Source: an uncultured Spirochaetota bacterium
Lineage (GTDB): Bacteria > Spirochaetota > Brevinematia > Brevinematales > JAOACQ01
NCBI GenBank assembly: GCA_963768055.1
Contig: CAVYGN010000002.1
Coordinates: 928,001 to 992,000 of the forward strand
DNA: 64,000 nucleotides
Direction: 5' to 3'
Shown: in pieces, positions 11,775-23,336 of the stretch
How positions within the stretch are numbered: position 1 is the first letter of the stretch
Layout: every line of letters starts with the position of its first letter
The notes under the pieces: model-generated
What the model was told of the DNA's origin: nothing
Databases searched by the model: none
Seen by the model: only the letters and a program-made list of their open reading frames with translations
Position numbers and translations under genes: made by a program

Positions 11775-13856
11775 ATGGCTTTAGAAAAGGCTATTTCTTT
11801 ACTGAAGGTTAGGAATATCGGTATTGCAGCGCATATTGACGCCGGGAAAACAACCGCCAGCGAAAGAATTTTGTTTTACACCGGGAAAACACATAAAATC
11901 GGCGAAGTGCATGAAGGCGCCGCTGAAATGGATTGGATGGTGCAGGAGAAGGAAAGAGGAATTACGATCACCAGCGCCGCAACAACCTGTTTCTGGAAGG
12001 ATTATAAAATTAATCTGATAGATACTCCTGGACATGTCGATTTTACTGCCGAGGTCGAAAGGTCGCTGCGAGTGCTCGACGGTGCAGTTGCGGTTTTTGA
12101 CGGGGGAGAAGGAGTCGAACCTCAATCGGAGACCGTATGGCGTCAGGCTGATAAATATGACGTTCCCAGGATCGCATTTATTAATAAAATGGACAAACTC
12201 GGAGCCGATTTTTATAAATCGGTAGCGTCGATGGAAAAGAAACTTGGCGTAAAAGCCCTTCCCATACAGCTTCCTATAGGAGCGGAAAGCGATTTTAAGG
12301 GAGTGGTTGATATAATATCCCGCAAGGCATATATTTGGCCGGATGATGATTCTGAAGGCATTAATTATAATGAAGTCGAAGTCCCCAATGAGTTGAAAGA
12401 GAAGCTTGAGCACTACCGTGTTTCTTTACTGGATCACGTTTGCGATGGAAATGACGATTTAATGGAAAAATACCTCGAGGGAAAGGATATATCGGATGAA
12501 GAGATAAAAAGCGCCCTGAGAAAGCTTACTATAACAAACACGGTTTTCCCGGTAGTCTGCGGGAGCGCTTTGAAGAACAAAGGCATTCAGCTTCTGCTCG
12601 ACGCAGTTATCGATTATCTCCCTTCGCCGCTTGAAATACCTCCATTGAAGGCGGTTAACGCAGCGACGGGAAAAGAGGAATTGGCGAAACCGGTTGCCGA
12701 CGAACCTTTTTGCGGACTGGCTTTCAAGGTTATGGTAGATTCCTTCGTGGGAAAACTTGTTTTTGTAAGAGTTTATTCGGGTACGCTTGAAAAGGGCAGT
12801 TATATATATAATGTTAACAAGGATAAAAAAGAAAGAGTGGCGAGACTGCTCAGGATGCACGCCAATAAAAGGGAAGAAATCGACAGCGTTTCCGCGGGCG
12901 ACATTGTCGCGGTAATCGGAATAAAAGATACGGTTACTGGAGACAGCCTCTCCAGCGAAGACAGACCTCTACGGCTTGAAGCTATCGATTTCCCTGAACC
13001 TGTTATTATGGTGGCTATAGAGCCCAAGACAAAAGAAGAAGTGGATAAAATGGGTGTAGCCCTTAAAAAACTACAGGAAGAAGACCCGACCTTCAAAGTC
13101 AATACTGATGACGAGACCGGCCAGACCCTGATTCATGGTATGGGCGAACTTCATCTCGAAATAATCGTTGACAGGATGGTAAGGGAATACAAGGTACAGG
13201 CTAATATAGGCAAACCCCAGGTAGCGTACAGGGAAACGATCCGGAAAGCTGCTAAATCCGAAGGCAAATATGTACGCCAGAGCGGAGGCAGGGGCCAGTA
13301 TGGTCATGTTATGCTCTCGGTCGAACCTCTTGAAAAGGGAAAGGGATTCGAGTTCGAAGACAAGGTTGTTGGCGGACGTATCCCGAAAGAATTCATACCC
13401 GCGATCCAGAAAGGGGTCGAGGAAGCGATAACGAACGGTATCATAGGCGGCTATCCGGTAGTGGATATTAAAGCCTCGGTTTACGACGGGTCTTTCCATG
13501 AAGTCGACTCTTCCGAAATGGCGTTTAAAATCGCCGCGTCGAAGGCTTTCAAGGAGGCAATGGCAGCGGCAGACCCGGTGCTTCTTGAGCCGATCATGAA
13601 AGTTGATGTAATGGTAGCCGAGGATTACCTTGGAGATGTTATCGGAGATCTTAGTTCTCGAAGGGCTAAAATAAACGGGATGGAACCCAAAGGGAACGCG
13701 CGCTTGATAACAAGTCATGTGCCGCTGGGTGAAATGTTCGGATACGCCACAATTCTTCGTTCAACAACGCAGGGAAGGGGAACATACGTGATGGCGTTCG
13801 ATCACTACAGTGAAGTTCCTAAAAATCTCTGGGAAACGATACTGAAAGCTGAATAA
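11775..13856 (+). CDS. fusA: Elongation factor G
   Basis: [42 protein letters not shown]. Confidence 0.99.
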   Translation: MALEKAISLLKVRNIGIAAHIDAGKTTASERILFYTGKTHKIGEVHEGAAEMDWMVQEKERGITITSAATTCFWKDYKINLIDTPGHVDFTAEVERSLRVLDGAVAVFDGGEGVEPQSETVWRQADKYDVPRIAFINKMDKLGADFYKSVASMEKKLGVKALPIQLPIGAESDFKGVVDIISRKAYIWPDDDSEGINYNEVEVPNELKEKLEHYRVSLLDHVCDGNDDLMEKYLEGKDISDEEIKSALRKLTITNTVFPVVCGSALKNKGIQLLLDAVIDYLPSPLEIPPLKAVNAATGKEELAKPVADEPFCGLAFKVMVDSFVGKLVFVRVYSGTLEKGSYIYNVNKDKKERVARLLRMHANKREEIDSVSAGDIVAVIGIKDTVTGDSLSSEDRPLRLEAIDFPEPVIMVAIEPKTKEEVDKMGVALKKLQEEDPTFKVNTDDETGQTLIHGMGELHLEIIVDRMVREYKVQANIGKPQVAYRETIRKAAKSEGKYVRQSGGRGQYGHVMLSVEPLEKGKGFEFEDKVVGGRIPKEFIPAIQKGVEEAITNGIIGGYPVVDIKASVYDGSFHEVDSSEMAFKIAASKAFKEAMAAADPVLLEPIMKVDVMVAEDYLGDVIGDLSSRRAKINGMEPKGNARLITSHVPLGEMFGYATILRSTTQGRGTYVMAFDHYSEVPKNLWETILKAE

Positions 13857-13890
13857 TATAATTTTATAAAACAGGAGAGGAGGCAATACA

Positions 13891-15111
13891 ATGGCAGAGG
13901 GTAAATTTGAAAGGACAAAACCGCATTTAAATGTCGGCACAATCGGTCACGTTGATCATGGTAAAACGACTCTGACAGCCGCGCTTACAAAATATTCTGA
14001 AATTTTAGGGATGGCGAAGTTTGTATCTTATGACAATGTCGCTAAGGCCTCTGAATCTCAGGGACGGCGCGACGATACAAAAATCCTCACAATCGCTACT
14101 TCTCATGTTGAATATTCAACCGCTAAAAGGCATTATGCTCACGTTGACTGCCCGGGCCATGCAGATTATGTCAAGAACATGATCACGGGTGCGGCTCAGA
14201 TGGACGGCGCTGTTCTTGTAGTCGCAGCTACCGATGGAGTAATGCCCCAGACAAGGGAGCATGTCCTCCTTGCAAGACAGGTTGATGTTCCTTCTATTAT
14301 TGTTTTTATCAACAAGGTGGATATGGTTGCAGACGCTGATAAAGAACTTATAGATCTTGTTGAAATGGATATCAGGGACCTGTTGAACCAGTACAATTTT
14401 CCCGGAAACGATACGCCGGTAATACGGGGTTCGGCTTACAAGGCTTATACAAGCGCTTCAAAGGATTCTAACGCTCCCGAATATGCATGCATTAAAGAAC
14501 TGCTTGACGCCATGGATAATTATTTTAAAGAACCGATAAGGGAACTTGACAAGCCCTTTATGATGCCTATTGAAGATATATTTTCAATCACCGGCAGGGG
14601 AACTGTGGCTACCGGCAGGATCGAGAGAGGCAAAATAAAGGTCGGCGAGGAAGTCGAGATCGTCGGCTATCATGACACGGGTAAAACTGTCGTTACAGGC
14701 GTTGAAATGTTCAGAAAGATTCTTGATGACGGACAGGCGGGTGACAACGTGGGTCTTTTGTTAAGAGGCGTTGATAAGGATTCGATCAGAAGAGGTATGG
14801 TCCTTGCAAAACCCGGAACAATTACTCCCCATATGAAATTTAACGGACAGGTTTACGTTCTAAAACCCGAAGAAGGCGGAAGAAAATCTCCCTTCCATGT
14901 CGGATACAGACCCCAGTTTTATATGAGTACATCAGATGTTACAGGAAATATCGGGGGAATCCAGGGTGCGGATATGGTTATGCCCGGGGATAATGTCACA
15001 ATGACGATCGAGCTTATTACAAAAGTGGCGGTAGAAAAGGGCATGCGTTTCGCTATAAGAGAAGGTGGAAGGACTATCGGTTCAGGCGTTGTTACTGAAA
15101 TTGTGGAATAG
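13891..15111 (+). CDS. tuf: Elongation factor Tu (variant switch I)
   Basis: [44 protein letters not shown]. Confidence 0.99.
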   Translation: MAEGKFERTKPHLNVGTIGHVDHGKTTLTAALTKYSEILGMAKFVSYDNVAKASESQGRRDDTKILTIATSHVEYSTAKRHYAHVDCPGHADYVKNMITGAAQMDGAVLVVAATDGVMPQTREHVLLARQVDVPSIIVFINKVDMVADADKELIDLVEMDIRDLLNQYNFPGNDTPVIRGSAYKAYTSASKDSNAPEYACIKELLDAMDNYFKEPIRELDKPFMMPIEDIFSITGRGTVATGRIERGKIKVGEEVEIVGYHDTGKTVVTGVEMFRKILDDGQAGDNVGLLLRGVDKDSIRRGMVLAKPGTITPHMKFNGQVYVLKPEEGGRKSPFHVGYRPQFYMSTSDVTGNIGGIQGADMVMPGDNVTMTIELITKVAVEKGMRFAIREGGRTIGSGVVTEIVE

Positions 15112-15128
15112 AGAAAAGAGGTTGAATT

Positions 15129-15431
15129 GTGAGTAGAATAAGAGTCAGACTTAAAGCCTATGATGTTAACCTGATCGATAAATCTGCAAAATCGATTGTC
15201 GAATCCGTCAAAAGCAGGGGTGGAAGGGTCTCAGGGCCTATACCCTTGCCTACCAGGATAAAAAAATATACGGTTTTAACATCTCCCCATGTTAATAAGG
15301 ATGCGAGGGAGCAGTTTGAAATGAGGGTTCATAAAAGGCTTATAGATATTCTGGATCCCAGCTCGGATCTTGTAAACGCCCTGATGGAATTACAGCTTCC
15401 TGCCGGGGTCGAAGTGGAGATCAAGCAATAA
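15129..15431 (+). CDS. rpsJ: 30S ribosomal protein S10 (GTG start)
   Basis: [31 protein letters not shown]. Confidence 0.99.
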   Translation: MSRIRVRLKAYDVNLIDKSAKSIVESVKSRGGRVSGPIPLPTRIKKYTVLTSPHVNKDAREQFEMRVHKRLIDILDPSSDLVNALMELQLPAGVEVEIKQ

Positions 15432-15456
15432 GCAATATGGCATAGGTGGAATTTAC

Positions 15457-16041
15457 ATGAAGGCTAAGAACGTTGGAATATTAGGAAGAAAATTAGGCAT
15501 GACGCAGATGTACTGGAATGATGCCATGGTCGGCGTTACTGTTGTTGATTTTTCCGGGCTTGAATATATCGGCAGCAGGACTGCTGAAAAAGACGGTTAT
15601 AAAGCGGCCATTATCGGAATAAATAATAAAAATGGCCGGTCAATGGGCTGCATCCGGGAAGTAAGGGTCGAAAACACCGATTCATATCAGGACGGTTCCT
15701 ATATGAACATATTCGATTCAGTCAAAAAGGTGGATGTAATAGGAATAATGAAGGGGCGTGGATTTACCGGGGTTATGAAGCGTCATGGTTTCCATGGAGG
15801 TCCCGCTTCTCATGGGGCGAAGCATTGGCATAGGAGGCCCGGTTCTATCGGAGGCCATACTTTTCCGGCGAAAACATGGCGGGGACAGAAAATGCCTGGT
15901 CATTATGGTAATGTAAAAGTCTGCACGCTCAGCCAGGATCTTGTAAAGCTTGATAAAGAGAACAAGCTTATCTTTATCAGGGGAGCTGTTCCCGGCGCAA
16001 AAAATTCATACGTAATGGTCAGAGATGCTGTAAAGGGGTGA
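15457..16041 (+). CDS. rplC: 50S ribosomal protein L3 (compact, 194 aa)
   Basis: GRKLGMTQ, KGRGFTGVMKRHGF, HRRPGSIG, RGAVPG. Confidence 0.97.
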   Translation: MKAKNVGILGRKLGMTQMYWNDAMVGVTVVDFSGLEYIGSRTAEKDGYKAAIIGINNKNGRSMGCIREVRVENTDSYQDGSYMNIFDSVKKVDVIGIMKGRGFTGVMKRHGFHGGPASHGAKHWHRRPGSIGGHTFPAKTWRGQKMPGHYGNVKVCTLSQDLVKLDKENKLIFIRGAVPGAKNSYVMVRDAVKG

Positions 16042-16049
16042 TTTGAATT

Positions 16050-16679
16050 ATGAAATTAGATGTCTACAACGGTTCAGTAAAGGTTAAAGAAGTCAATTAT
16101 CCTTTTCTAAGCGATAAGTATTCGGAAGGAGTCGTACACCAGGCCCTTGTAGCGAGATTATCCCATGAAAGGGAGGGTAACGCCTCTACATTGACAAAAT
16201 CAGAGGTCAGGGGCGGCGGAAAAAAACCATGGCGTCAGAAGGGTTTGGGAAGGGCGCGCTCAGGTTCGACAAGATCGCCTCTATGGAGAGGCGGCGGAGT
16301 GATTTTCGGTCCTAAACCGCATGACAGGGATAAGGGGATTTTGAAAAAGCAGAAATCATCGGCTTTATTATCAGTTTTTAACAAATTAACAGAATTGGGA
16401 AGGGTGAAGGTATTTGAGGATATTGAGCTTAAAACCCACAAAACAAAAGATTTTATAAAAGCGTTTGAAGGGCTTATTGAAAACAAAAAAGAAAAGGTAG
16501 TCGTTATAACTGCTGATTATGATAAAAATATGGCCCTTGCTTCAAGGAACCTGCAGAATTTCAGGGTCCTTTATGTCACATCACTTGATTTACTGCCTAT
16601 CATTTATACGGATAGGTTATTAATATCCGAAAAGGCGATTGAGAAACTCGGGACTGCCTTTTCCGGCATAAAGCACTAA
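16050..16679 (+). CDS. rplD: 50S ribosomal protein L4
   Basis: EVRGGGKKPWRQKGLGRARSGS, GGGVIFGP. Confidence 0.98.
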   Translation: MKLDVYNGSVKVKEVNYPFLSDKYSEGVVHQALVARLSHEREGNASTLTKSEVRGGGKKPWRQKGLGRARSGSTRSPLWRGGGVIFGPKPHDRDKGILKKQKSSALLSVFNKLTELGRVKVFEDIELKTHKTKDFIKAFEGLIENKKEKVVVITADYDKNMALASRNLQNFRVLYVTSLDLLPIIYTDRLLISEKAIEKLGTAFSGIKH

Positions 16680-16688
16680 CGGAGTATA

Positions 16689-16973
16689 ATGATGAAAGAT
16701 TTTAATATTATATTGAAGTCTCCTGTTTTGTCTGAAAAGGCAAGCGGATTAAAACCGGTTAAAAAGTTTGTATTCGAGGTGGCGAAAGACGCCAATAAAA
16801 TTGAGATAAAAAAGGCTGTTGAAGCGCTTTATAAGGTTAAGGTGAAAAAAGTGAATACTTCGGTCATGCCTTCAAAATGGAAAAGAGTGCGGACGAATTA
16901 CGGATACACATCTCAGTGGAAGAAGGCCGTAGTGACACTTATTTCCGGCGATATTGATTTCTACAAAGTATAA
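16689..16973 (+). CDS. rplW: 50S ribosomal protein L23
   Basis: PVLSEK, ANKIEIKKAVE, WKKAVVTL. Confidence 0.97.
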   Translation: MMKDFNIILKSPVLSEKASGLKPVKKFVFEVAKDANKIEIKKAVEALYKVKVKKVNTSVMPSKWKRVRTNYGYTSQWKKAVVTLISGDIDFYKV

Positions 16974-16988
16974 TCGAGAGGGAATTTT

Positions 16989-17822
16989 ATGGGATTAAAA
17001 CGATATAAGCCGATCACTCCCGGGCTCAGGCATAAAGTCACTTCCGACTTCAGCGATATTACAAGCACCGAACCTGTAAAGAATCTGATCGGAGGTATAA
17101 AGAGGGGACGGGGGAATGGTAGAAACAGCGGCGGAAGGATCACGGTCCGACACAGGGGCGGCGGAAGCAAGCGGTTTTACCGGGTTATCGATTTTAAAAG
17201 GGATAAAATCGGCGTTCAGGCCAAAGTAGTTACTATAGAATACGATCCTAACAGAACGGCAAGGATTGCGCTGGTCCAATATTACGACGGTGTGAAATCT
17301 TACATTCTGGCTCCCAACGGTTTGAAGGTCGGAGATATAATCGAGGCGGGCGATAAAATTGAAATAAGGACCGGCAATAACCTTCCTTTAAGGTCTATTC
17401 CTGTCGGTACTATCATACATAACATAGAGATAAAACCCGGTAAGGGCGGGCAACTGGCCCGTTCGGCCGGTACTCATGCTAAGCTTGACGGTAAAGAGGG
17501 TAAGTACGCAATATTAAGGATGCCTTCAAATGAGATCAGGATGATACTGCTTGACTGCAGGGCGACGGTTGGCGAAGTTTCCAATGCCGACAATTCCAAC
17601 TTTTTCCTTGGAAAAGCGGGAGTTTCCAGGCATATGGGTATCAGGCCTTATGTCAGGGGAGTAGCAATGAACAGTGTCGACCATCCCCATGGAGGGGGAA
17701 GGGGTAAACAGAAAGGCTATACGACGCCTGTAAGCCCGACCGGTGTTCCCGCGAAGGGTTATAAAACAAGACAAAAAAGTAAAACCTCTAATAAGTATAT
17801 ATTGTCCAGAAGAAAAAAATAA
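16989..17822 (+). CDS. rplB: 50S ribosomal protein L2
   Basis: [38 protein letters not shown]. Confidence 0.99.
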   Translation: MGLKRYKPITPGLRHKVTSDFSDITSTEPVKNLIGGIKRGRGNGRNSGGRITVRHRGGGSKRFYRVIDFKRDKIGVQAKVVTIEYDPNRTARIALVQYYDGVKSYILAPNGLKVGDIIEAGDKIEIRTGNNLPLRSIPVGTIIHNIEIKPGKGGQLARSAGTHAKLDGKEGKYAILRMPSNEIRMILLDCRATVGEVSNADNSNFFLGKAGVSRHMGIRPYVRGVAMNSVDHPHGGGRGKQKGYTTPVSPTGVPAKGYKTRQKSKTSNKYILSRRKK

Positions 17823-17845
17823 GTTAAGGAAAGCGGGGTAGAAGA

Positions 17846-18154
17846 ATGTCAAGATCGATTAAAAAAGGCCCTTTTGTCGATTCAAAACTTTACAAAAAAG
17901 TGCTTGAAGCTCAGGAATCGAGCGAAAAAAAACCGATCAAAACATGGTCGAGGCGCTCAACTATCATTCCTGAAATGATAGGTTTGACAATCCAGATTTA
18001 TAACGGTAAAATATTTGTCCCTGCTTTCATAGGTGAAAACATGGTCGGGCATAAACTCGGGGAATTTTCACCGACCCGGATATTCAGAGGACATTCCGGG
18101 ACAAAAAAAGTTGAAAAAGAACAAACACAAACACAGACTCAAACTCAGGCATAA
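17846..18154 (+). CDS. rpsS: 30S ribosomal protein S19 with QT-repeat tail
   Basis: [32 protein letters not shown]. Confidence 0.99.
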   Translation: MSRSIKKGPFVDSKLYKKVLEAQESSEKKPIKTWSRRSTIIPEMIGLTIQIYNGKIFVPAFIGENMVGHKLGEFSPTRIFRGHSGTKKVEKEQTQTQTQTQA

Positions 18155-18164
18155 TGGAGCTTAT

Positions 18165-18521
18165 ATGAATTCAAGTGCTAAGGGAAGGTCTCTACGTCTT
18201 TCTCCGCTGAAGATGAGAAAAGTTATCAACCAGGTCAGGGGTAAAAGCGTTAATGAAGCGCTATTTATTCTAAAATCTTTGCCCAACAAAGGCGCGAAGA
18301 TGGCTTATAAAGTTATTTTTTCAGCGGCGGCCAATTTTAAACATAAAAACCCTGAACTGGCGGACAAGGAATTAAGGGTCGAAGCCATTTTCGCGGACCA
18401 GGCTCCCATTTTGCGCAGGATGATGCCCAGGGCCAGGGGCCGGGCGGATATTCTGAGAAAACAATCGTGCCATTTAAGCGTCATCCTCGGCAGTATCGAA
18501 GAAAAAAAGGAAGAGAGGTAG
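18165..18521 (+). CDS. rplV: 50S ribosomal protein L22 (start moved to ATG 18165)
   Basis: LRLSPLK, SAAANF, RMMPRARGRA; GGAG upstream of ATG 18165. Confidence 0.97.
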   Translation: MNSSAKGRSLRLSPLKMRKVINQVRGKSVNEALFILKSLPNKGAKMAYKVIFSAAANFKHKNPELADKELRVEAIFADQAPILRRMMPRARGRADILRKQSCHLSVILGSIEEKKEER

Positions 18522-18524
18522 GGA

Positions 18525-19163
18525 ATGGGACAGAAAGTCAACCCGGTTTCATACAGGATCGGTATAGTAAAAACCTGGGATTCTCTCTGGTATAGTGAAA
18601 AGGATTATGTTAATTATTTAATAGAAGATTTTAAAATTCGAAATTTTATTACGAAAAATTACTCCAAGGCTTTTATTTCAAAGATTGAAATAAGCCGTTT
18701 TCCTCAACTTGTAAATGTAACTATTAATTCTTCAAAACCAGGGATTATTATTGGAAAAAAGGGAGCGGAGATTGAGAACATTTCCAAGACCCTTGAAAAA
18801 CTGACAAACGGCAAGAAAGTATCCGTTTCGGTGCGCGAGATTAAAAACCCCGAACTTGACGCGAGTGTTACCGGACAGGACATAGCCAGACAGATAGAAA
18901 GGCGTATTTCTTATAAAAAAGCAATAAAACAAGCCATCAGGAACGCCATGAAATCCGGAGGCAAAGGGATAAAGATAAGGATTTCGGGCCGGCTGAACGG
19001 GGCTGAAATTGCAAGAACGGAAGAATTTAAAGAAGGCCGACTGCCTTTATCCACCCTCAATGCTGATATTGACTATAAGGTAAGTGAAAGCTACACCGAA
19101 ATGGGTGTGATCGGTATAAAGGTTTGGATTTTTAAAGAAGCGCTGGAAGGAAGGAGAAAATAA
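18525..19163 (+). CDS. rpsC: 30S ribosomal protein S3
   Basis: [36 protein letters not shown]. Confidence 0.99.
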   Translation: MGQKVNPVSYRIGIVKTWDSLWYSEKDYVNYLIEDFKIRNFITKNYSKAFISKIEISRFPQLVNVTINSSKPGIIIGKKGAEIENISKTLEKLTNGKKVSVSVREIKNPELDASVTGQDIARQIERRISYKKAIKQAIRNAMKSGGKGIKIRISGRLNGAEIARTEEFKEGRLPLSTLNADIDYKVSESYTEMGVIGIKVWIFKEALEGRRK

Positions 19164-19576
19164 TGTTATTCCCAAGCAGGACAAAGTATAGAAAACAGCA
19201 GAGGGGAGTCATAAAGGGTACTGCCAATAAGGGCGATCTTGTTGCCTTTGGAGAATATGGAATAATTTCACTCGAACCGGCATGGATAACCGACAGGCAA
19301 ATCGAAGCGGCCCGTGTTGCAGTCAACCGTTACCTTAAGAGGGGTGTAAAGCTCTGGGTAAAGATATTTCCCGATAAACCTATCACCAAAAAGGGAGAAG
19401 GGGTCAGAATGGGTAAGGGGAAGGGCATGCCTGAGGGGTGGGTAGCCGTTGTCAAACCTGGAAGAGTCCTTTTTGAAATTTCGGGTGTTGATGAGATTTC
19501 AGCGAAGGAAGCTTTCAGGCTGGCTTCTCACAAGCTGCCGATAAAGGTTAAGTTTGTCAAACGTGTAGAATTTTAG
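19163..19576 (+). CDS. rplP: 50S ribosomal protein L16
   Basis: [33 protein letters not shown]. Confidence 0.99.
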   Translation: MLFPSRTKYRKQQRGVIKGTANKGDLVAFGEYGIISLEPAWITDRQIEAARVAVNRYLKRGVKLWVKIFPDKPITKKGEGVRMGKGKGMPEGWVAVVKPGRVLFEISGVDEISAKEAFRLASHKLPIKVKFVKRVEF

Positions 19577-19587
19577 GAGCGGTTTCA

Positions 19588-19806
19588 ATGATAAAGAAAA
19601 AGCTTAAGGAATTAAGGGACCTGTCGACAGAAGAATTGGTAAAAATGCGGTCTGAAATCCAGGGCAATATAAGGACCCTGATGTTCAGAATGAAGATAGA
19701 AAGGCCTGCGAATTTAATGGAAAAGAGAAATCTTAAAACCAAGATTGCGGTAATAAATACAATTCTCGCTGAGAGAACGGCGGCGAATGCCTTGAACAAG
19801 GGGTAG
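19588..19806 (+). CDS. rpmC: 50S ribosomal protein L29
   Basis: ELRDLSTEEL, IAVINTIL; lies between rplP and rpsQ. Confidence 0.93.
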   Translation: MIKKKLKELRDLSTEELVKMRSEIQGNIRTLMFRMKIERPANLMEKRNLKTKIAVINTILAERTAANALNKG

Positions 19807-19809
19807 AGT

Positions 19810-20067
19810 ATGGAAGAACGTGCAAAAAAAAGGACTAAAACAGGAATCGTGATAAGCGATAAAATGGATAAAACCAGAGTCGTAGTAGTGGAAGGAATGA
19901 AAAAACACACTATATACGGGAAATACCTTAAAATACAGAGGAAGTTTTACGCACACGATGCCCAGAATAAAAGCAAAAGCGGGGACAAGGTCACAATTGA
20001 GGAATCTATCCCTATTAGCAAGCTGAAGAGATGGATTGTAACCGAAATATTGGAGAAAGCGAAATAA
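19810..20067 (+). CDS. rpsQ: 30S ribosomal protein S17
   Basis: [32 protein letters not shown]. Confidence 0.98.
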   Translation: MEERAKKRTKTGIVISDKMDKTRVVVVEGMKKHTIYGKYLKIQRKFYAHDAQNKSKSGDKVTIEESIPISKLKRWIVTEILEKAK

Positions 20068-20080
20068 CCGGAGGTGTTCT

Positions 20081-20449
20081 ATGATAATGCTGGGGACAAG
20101 ATTGGATGTGGCCGACAATACGGGGGCTAAAATCATCGAATGTTTTCATGTAGAAGGGAGTTCTAAAAGAAGATATGCTTATATAGGCGATACTATCGTA
20201 GCCGCTGTAAAAATGGCAGTGCCTAATTCTTCCGTAAAAAAGGGAGAGGTCGTCAGGGCTGTAGTGGTAAGGACCGCCAAGGAAACTCGCCGTAAAGACG
20301 GATCATATTTGAGGTTTGACAGGAATTCGGCGGTTCTGATCGACAAGGATAATGAACCCAGGGGAACAAGAATTTTCGGGCCTGTGGCACGGGAATTGAG
20401 GGATAAAAATTTCATGAAAATTGTTTCGCTCGCGCCGGAAGTGTTTTAG
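20081..20449 (+). CDS. rplN: 50S ribosomal protein L14
   Basis: [37 protein letters not shown]. Confidence 0.99.
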   Translation: MIMLGTRLDVADNTGAKIIECFHVEGSSKRRYAYIGDTIVAAVKMAVPNSSVKKGEVVRAVVVRTAKETRRKDGSYLRFDRNSAVLIDKDNEPRGTRIFGPVARELRDKNFMKIVSLAPEVF

Positions 20450-20460
20450 GAGATTTTAAT

Positions 20461-20772
20461 ATGCAAAAGATAAGGAAAGGAGACCAGGTTGTCGTTATTT
20501 CGGGCCGCGACAAGGGTAAAAAAGGCGAAGTCATACAGGTCTCAAAAAAAGGCGTTATGGTCAAAGGAATATCGCTTGTAAAAAAATCCGTTAAGAAAGA
20601 CCCGAAAAAGCATCCTGCGGGCGGGTATATAGAAATCGAGGCCCCTGTTAATTCTTCGAACTTGATGCTTTATTGCCCGAAATGCAATAAACCGGTAAGG
20701 ACAGGCTTAATTATCGGGAAGAACGGGAAAAAAGGCAGGGTCTGCAAGAAGTGTCAAAATATATTTGAATAG
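20461..20772 (+). CDS. rplX: 50S ribosomal protein L24
   Basis: [28 protein letters not shown]; two CxxC pairs. Confidence 0.98.
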   Translation: MQKIRKGDQVVVISGRDKGKKGEVIQVSKKGVMVKGISLVKKSVKKDPKKHPAGGYIEIEAPVNSSNLMLYCPKCNKPVRTGLIIGKNGKKGRVCKKCQNIFE

Positions 20773-20783
20773 ACGAGAGGTTC

Positions 20784-21764
20784 GTGATGGCTGATGAAAA
20801 TATCGAAAACAAAGATAAACAAAAAAAACCGGCTAAATCAAAATCCGCCGGAGCAAAAAGGGAAGCGAAGGGAGAAAAACCCGAGTTAAAAAAAACGGTA
20901 AAGCCCAAGGCTTCAGGTGAAACAAAAAGTGCCGGAGCTGTAAGCGCCGGAGCTGTTGTCGAACGTGCTGTAAGCGCCGGAACTGCTAAAGCCAAGAAAG
21001 CGGATGCGGTTGTTTCAAAAATCCCGGAAATAAAGCAAGAGAAAGCAAAAGAAGAGAAAGTAGAGAAAGTAGAAGTAAAACAAGAGAAGATTAAAGAGAA
21101 AGCAGAAGTAAAGGAAGAGAAAGAAGAGAAAGTAAAAGAGAAAATTGAGGTAAAAGAAGAGAAAAAGGCTAAGGGCGAGGGGAAAAAGCAGGCGGCTCCC
21201 AAGGCGCCGGTTGCCAAACATCTTTCGAGGCTTAAACAATATTACGATAGTGAAGTAGTAAAGGCGTTGAAAGCATTGTATAAATACTCAACCCCTATGG
21301 CGGTCCCCAGGGTGGTTAAAGTTATCATCAATATTGGAATGGGCGAAGCTACTCAGGATAAATCTGTTGTTGATGCGGCTGTTGAAGAGCTGACAACCAT
21401 AGCTGCCCAGAAAGCGGTAAAGACTTTCGCGAAAAAATCGATCTCAAATTTCCATCTGAGGGAGGGCATGCCCATAGGAGCGAGAGTTACTCTCAGAGGA
21501 GTCAGAATGTTTGACTTCATCGATAAGCTGATAAGCGTAGCGCTTCCCAGAGTCAGGGACTTTAAGGGTTTAAGTTCTTCAAGTTTCGATGGAAGAGGAA
21601 ATTACACAATAGGGTTAAAGGAACAGCTGGTTTTTCCTGAAATCAATTACGATAAAATAACAAAGATAAGAGGGATGGATGTTACGATTGTAACAACGGC
21701 GGCCAATGACGACGAGGCTTATCAGCTCCTCAAAACGCTGGGATTCCCCTTTAAAGAAAAATAA
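20784..21764 (+). CDS. rplE: 50S ribosomal protein L5 with long N-terminal low-complexity extension
   Basis: L5 core from ~residue 147 ([44 protein letters not shown]); GAGAGG precedes GTG/ATG at 20784/20787. Confidence 0.97.
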   Translation: MMADENIENKDKQKKPAKSKSAGAKREAKGEKPELKKTVKPKASGETKSAGAVSAGAVVERAVSAGTAKAKKADAVVSKIPEIKQEKAKEEKVEKVEVKQEKIKEKAEVKEEKEEKVKEKIEVKEEKKAKGEGKKQAAPKAPVAKHLSRLKQYYDSEVVKALKALYKYSTPMAVPRVVKVIINIGMGEATQDKSVVDAAVEELTTIAAQKAVKTFAKKSISNFHLREGMPIGARVTLRGVRMFDFIDKLISVALPRVRDFKGLSSSSFDGRGNYTIGLKEQLVFPEINYDKITKIRGMDVTIVTTAANDDEAYQLLKTLGFPFKEK

Positions 21765-21779
21765 TTTGCCGGAGGGTAT

Positions 21780-21965
21780 ATGGCAAAAAAATCGATCGTT
21801 GTAAAATGGCAGAAACCGAAAAAATTTAAAGTCAGGGAATATAATAGATGCAAGCTTTGCGGAAGGCCGAGGGCCTATATAAGGGATTTCGGAATGTGCA
21901 GGCTTTGCTTCAGGAAGTATGCCTCACAAGGACTTGTCCCCGGCGTTATTAAGAGCAGTTGGTAG
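21780..21965 (+). CDS. rpsN: 30S ribosomal protein S14, short Zn-binding (C+) type
   Basis: 61 aa; RCKLCGR...[15 protein letters not shown]. Confidence 0.98.
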   Translation: MAKKSIVVKWQKPKKFKVREYNRCKLCGRPRAYIRDFGMCRLCFRKYASQGLVPGVIKSSW

Positions 21966-21987
21966 AGTTTAAGAGCGAGGTTTTATA

Positions 21988-22371
21988 ATGGATGTCATAG
22001 CCAATTTTTTAACAAAAATCAGGAATTCTCTGGTAAGGCGTGTCGAAAGAGTTGAAGTCGCTAAATCGGGTATTGTCGGAGATATATTGAATGTTATGAA
22101 AAAAGAAGGATTTATTTCCGATTTTAAGGACTCACCCGATTCCAGGTTTAAATATATTGTCTTTCTTAAATCGATGTACGGTAAATCGGTTATTACTGGT
22201 TTGAAAAGAATTTCCAAACTTTCAAAGAGGGTTTACGTTAACGCTGACAACATACCGAAAGTGTATAATAATCTGGGAATATCCGTTATTTCCACTTCCA
22301 AGGGTGTGCTTTCAGATAAGGAAGCGAGAGCGTTAAAAATCGGCGGAGAAGTCATCTGCCATATTTGGTAG
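21988..22371 (+). CDS. rpsH: 30S ribosomal protein S8
   Basis: DVIANFLTKIRN, KEGFI, ISTSKGV, GGEVIC. Confidence 0.98.
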   Translation: MDVIANFLTKIRNSLVRRVERVEVAKSGIVGDILNVMKKEGFISDFKDSPDSRFKYIVFLKSMYGKSVITGLKRISKLSKRVYVNADNIPKVYNNLGISVISTSKGVLSDKEARALKIGGEVICHIW

Positions 22372-22380
22372 GAGTTTGAA

Positions 22381-22920
22381 ATGTCAAGATTAGCGAAAAA
22401 GCCTTTGATCGTTCCTGAAGGGGTTAAAGTACAGATAGAAAACGGCAAGATACATGTCGAGGGAAAGCTGGGAAAATTGGAACAATCTTTTAATACAGAA
22501 TTTATCACGGTAAAAAGCGATGGAAAAGAGATCCTGATCGGAAGAAAGGGGCATGAAAATACGGCTAAGGCTTACCAGGGTCTATATTTTCGTTTATCAA
22601 GAAACCTGATCCTGGGAGTTACCGAGGGTTTTTCCAAAACCCTTAATATTCAGGGACTGGGTTATAAATGGGAAATCAAGGGCAAAGATCTTATAATTAA
22701 TGTAGGATATTCAAAACCGGTTGTCTACAAAATACCTGCAGGGATTAATATGAAAATAGATAATCCCTCTCAACTTATGATCAGCGGCTGCGATAAACAG
22801 CTTGTAGGTCAGACATCGGCGGAGATTAGAAATATCCGGCCCCCTGAACCGTACAAAGGAAAGGGGATCAGATATTTGAATGAAAGGGTCAAGCTCAAAG
22901 AGGGAAAAACAGCTAAATAA
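22381..22920 (+). CDS. rplF: 50S ribosomal protein L6
   Basis: MSRLAKKP, GVTEGF, RPPEPYKGKGIRY. Confidence 0.99.
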   Translation: MSRLAKKPLIVPEGVKVQIENGKIHVEGKLGKLEQSFNTEFITVKSDGKEILIGRKGHENTAKAYQGLYFRLSRNLILGVTEGFSKTLNIQGLGYKWEIKGKDLIINVGYSKPVVYKIPAGINMKIDNPSQLMISGCDKQLVGQTSAEIRNIRPPEPYKGKGIRYLNERVKLKEGKTAK

Positions 22921-22953
22921 GTGGTTTTTTAAAACGGTAAATAAGAGGATGAT

Positions 22954-23323
22954 ATGATAGATATACTTAAGAAAAAACGTAAGAGAATGCAGAAGGCCAA
23001 AAGAAGAAGCAGGGGGAGCCTGACAATCAGCCCGGACAGGCCGAGAATGGTCGTCTTCAAATCCAGGAAGTATTTGTATGTGCAGGTAGTTGATGATTTA
23101 CAAAAAAAGATCCTTCTTTCATTATCCTCTATTGCTAAAGAAATGAAAGATAAGAAACCTTGGTAAAAATATAGCCAGCGCCAGGATATTGGGCAATGAA
23201 ATAGGGCGTAAACTCAAAGAGAAAAAAATCGATTCAGTTTGCTTTGACAGGAATGGTTTTAAATATCATGGTAAGATAAAGGCTCTTGCGGAAGCTTGCC
23301 GCCAAGAAGGCATCAAATTTTAA
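22954..23323 (+). CDS. rplR: 50S ribosomal protein L18, split by an apparent 1-nt insertion near 23155-23161
   Basis: First frame gives RPRMVVFKS..YVQVVDD and stops at 23166; the +1 frame continues LGKNIASARILG...VCFDRNGFKYHGKIKALAEACRQEGIKF to TAA 23323. Confidence 0.95.
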
Positions 23324-23336
23324 GTTGGAGAAACGG

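Noticed and set aside
21030..21180. Purine-rich repeats as a CRISPR array or non-coding satellite
   Set aside because: Irregular, no constant repeat-spacer period, and in frame as the Glu/Lys-rich part of the L5 extension.
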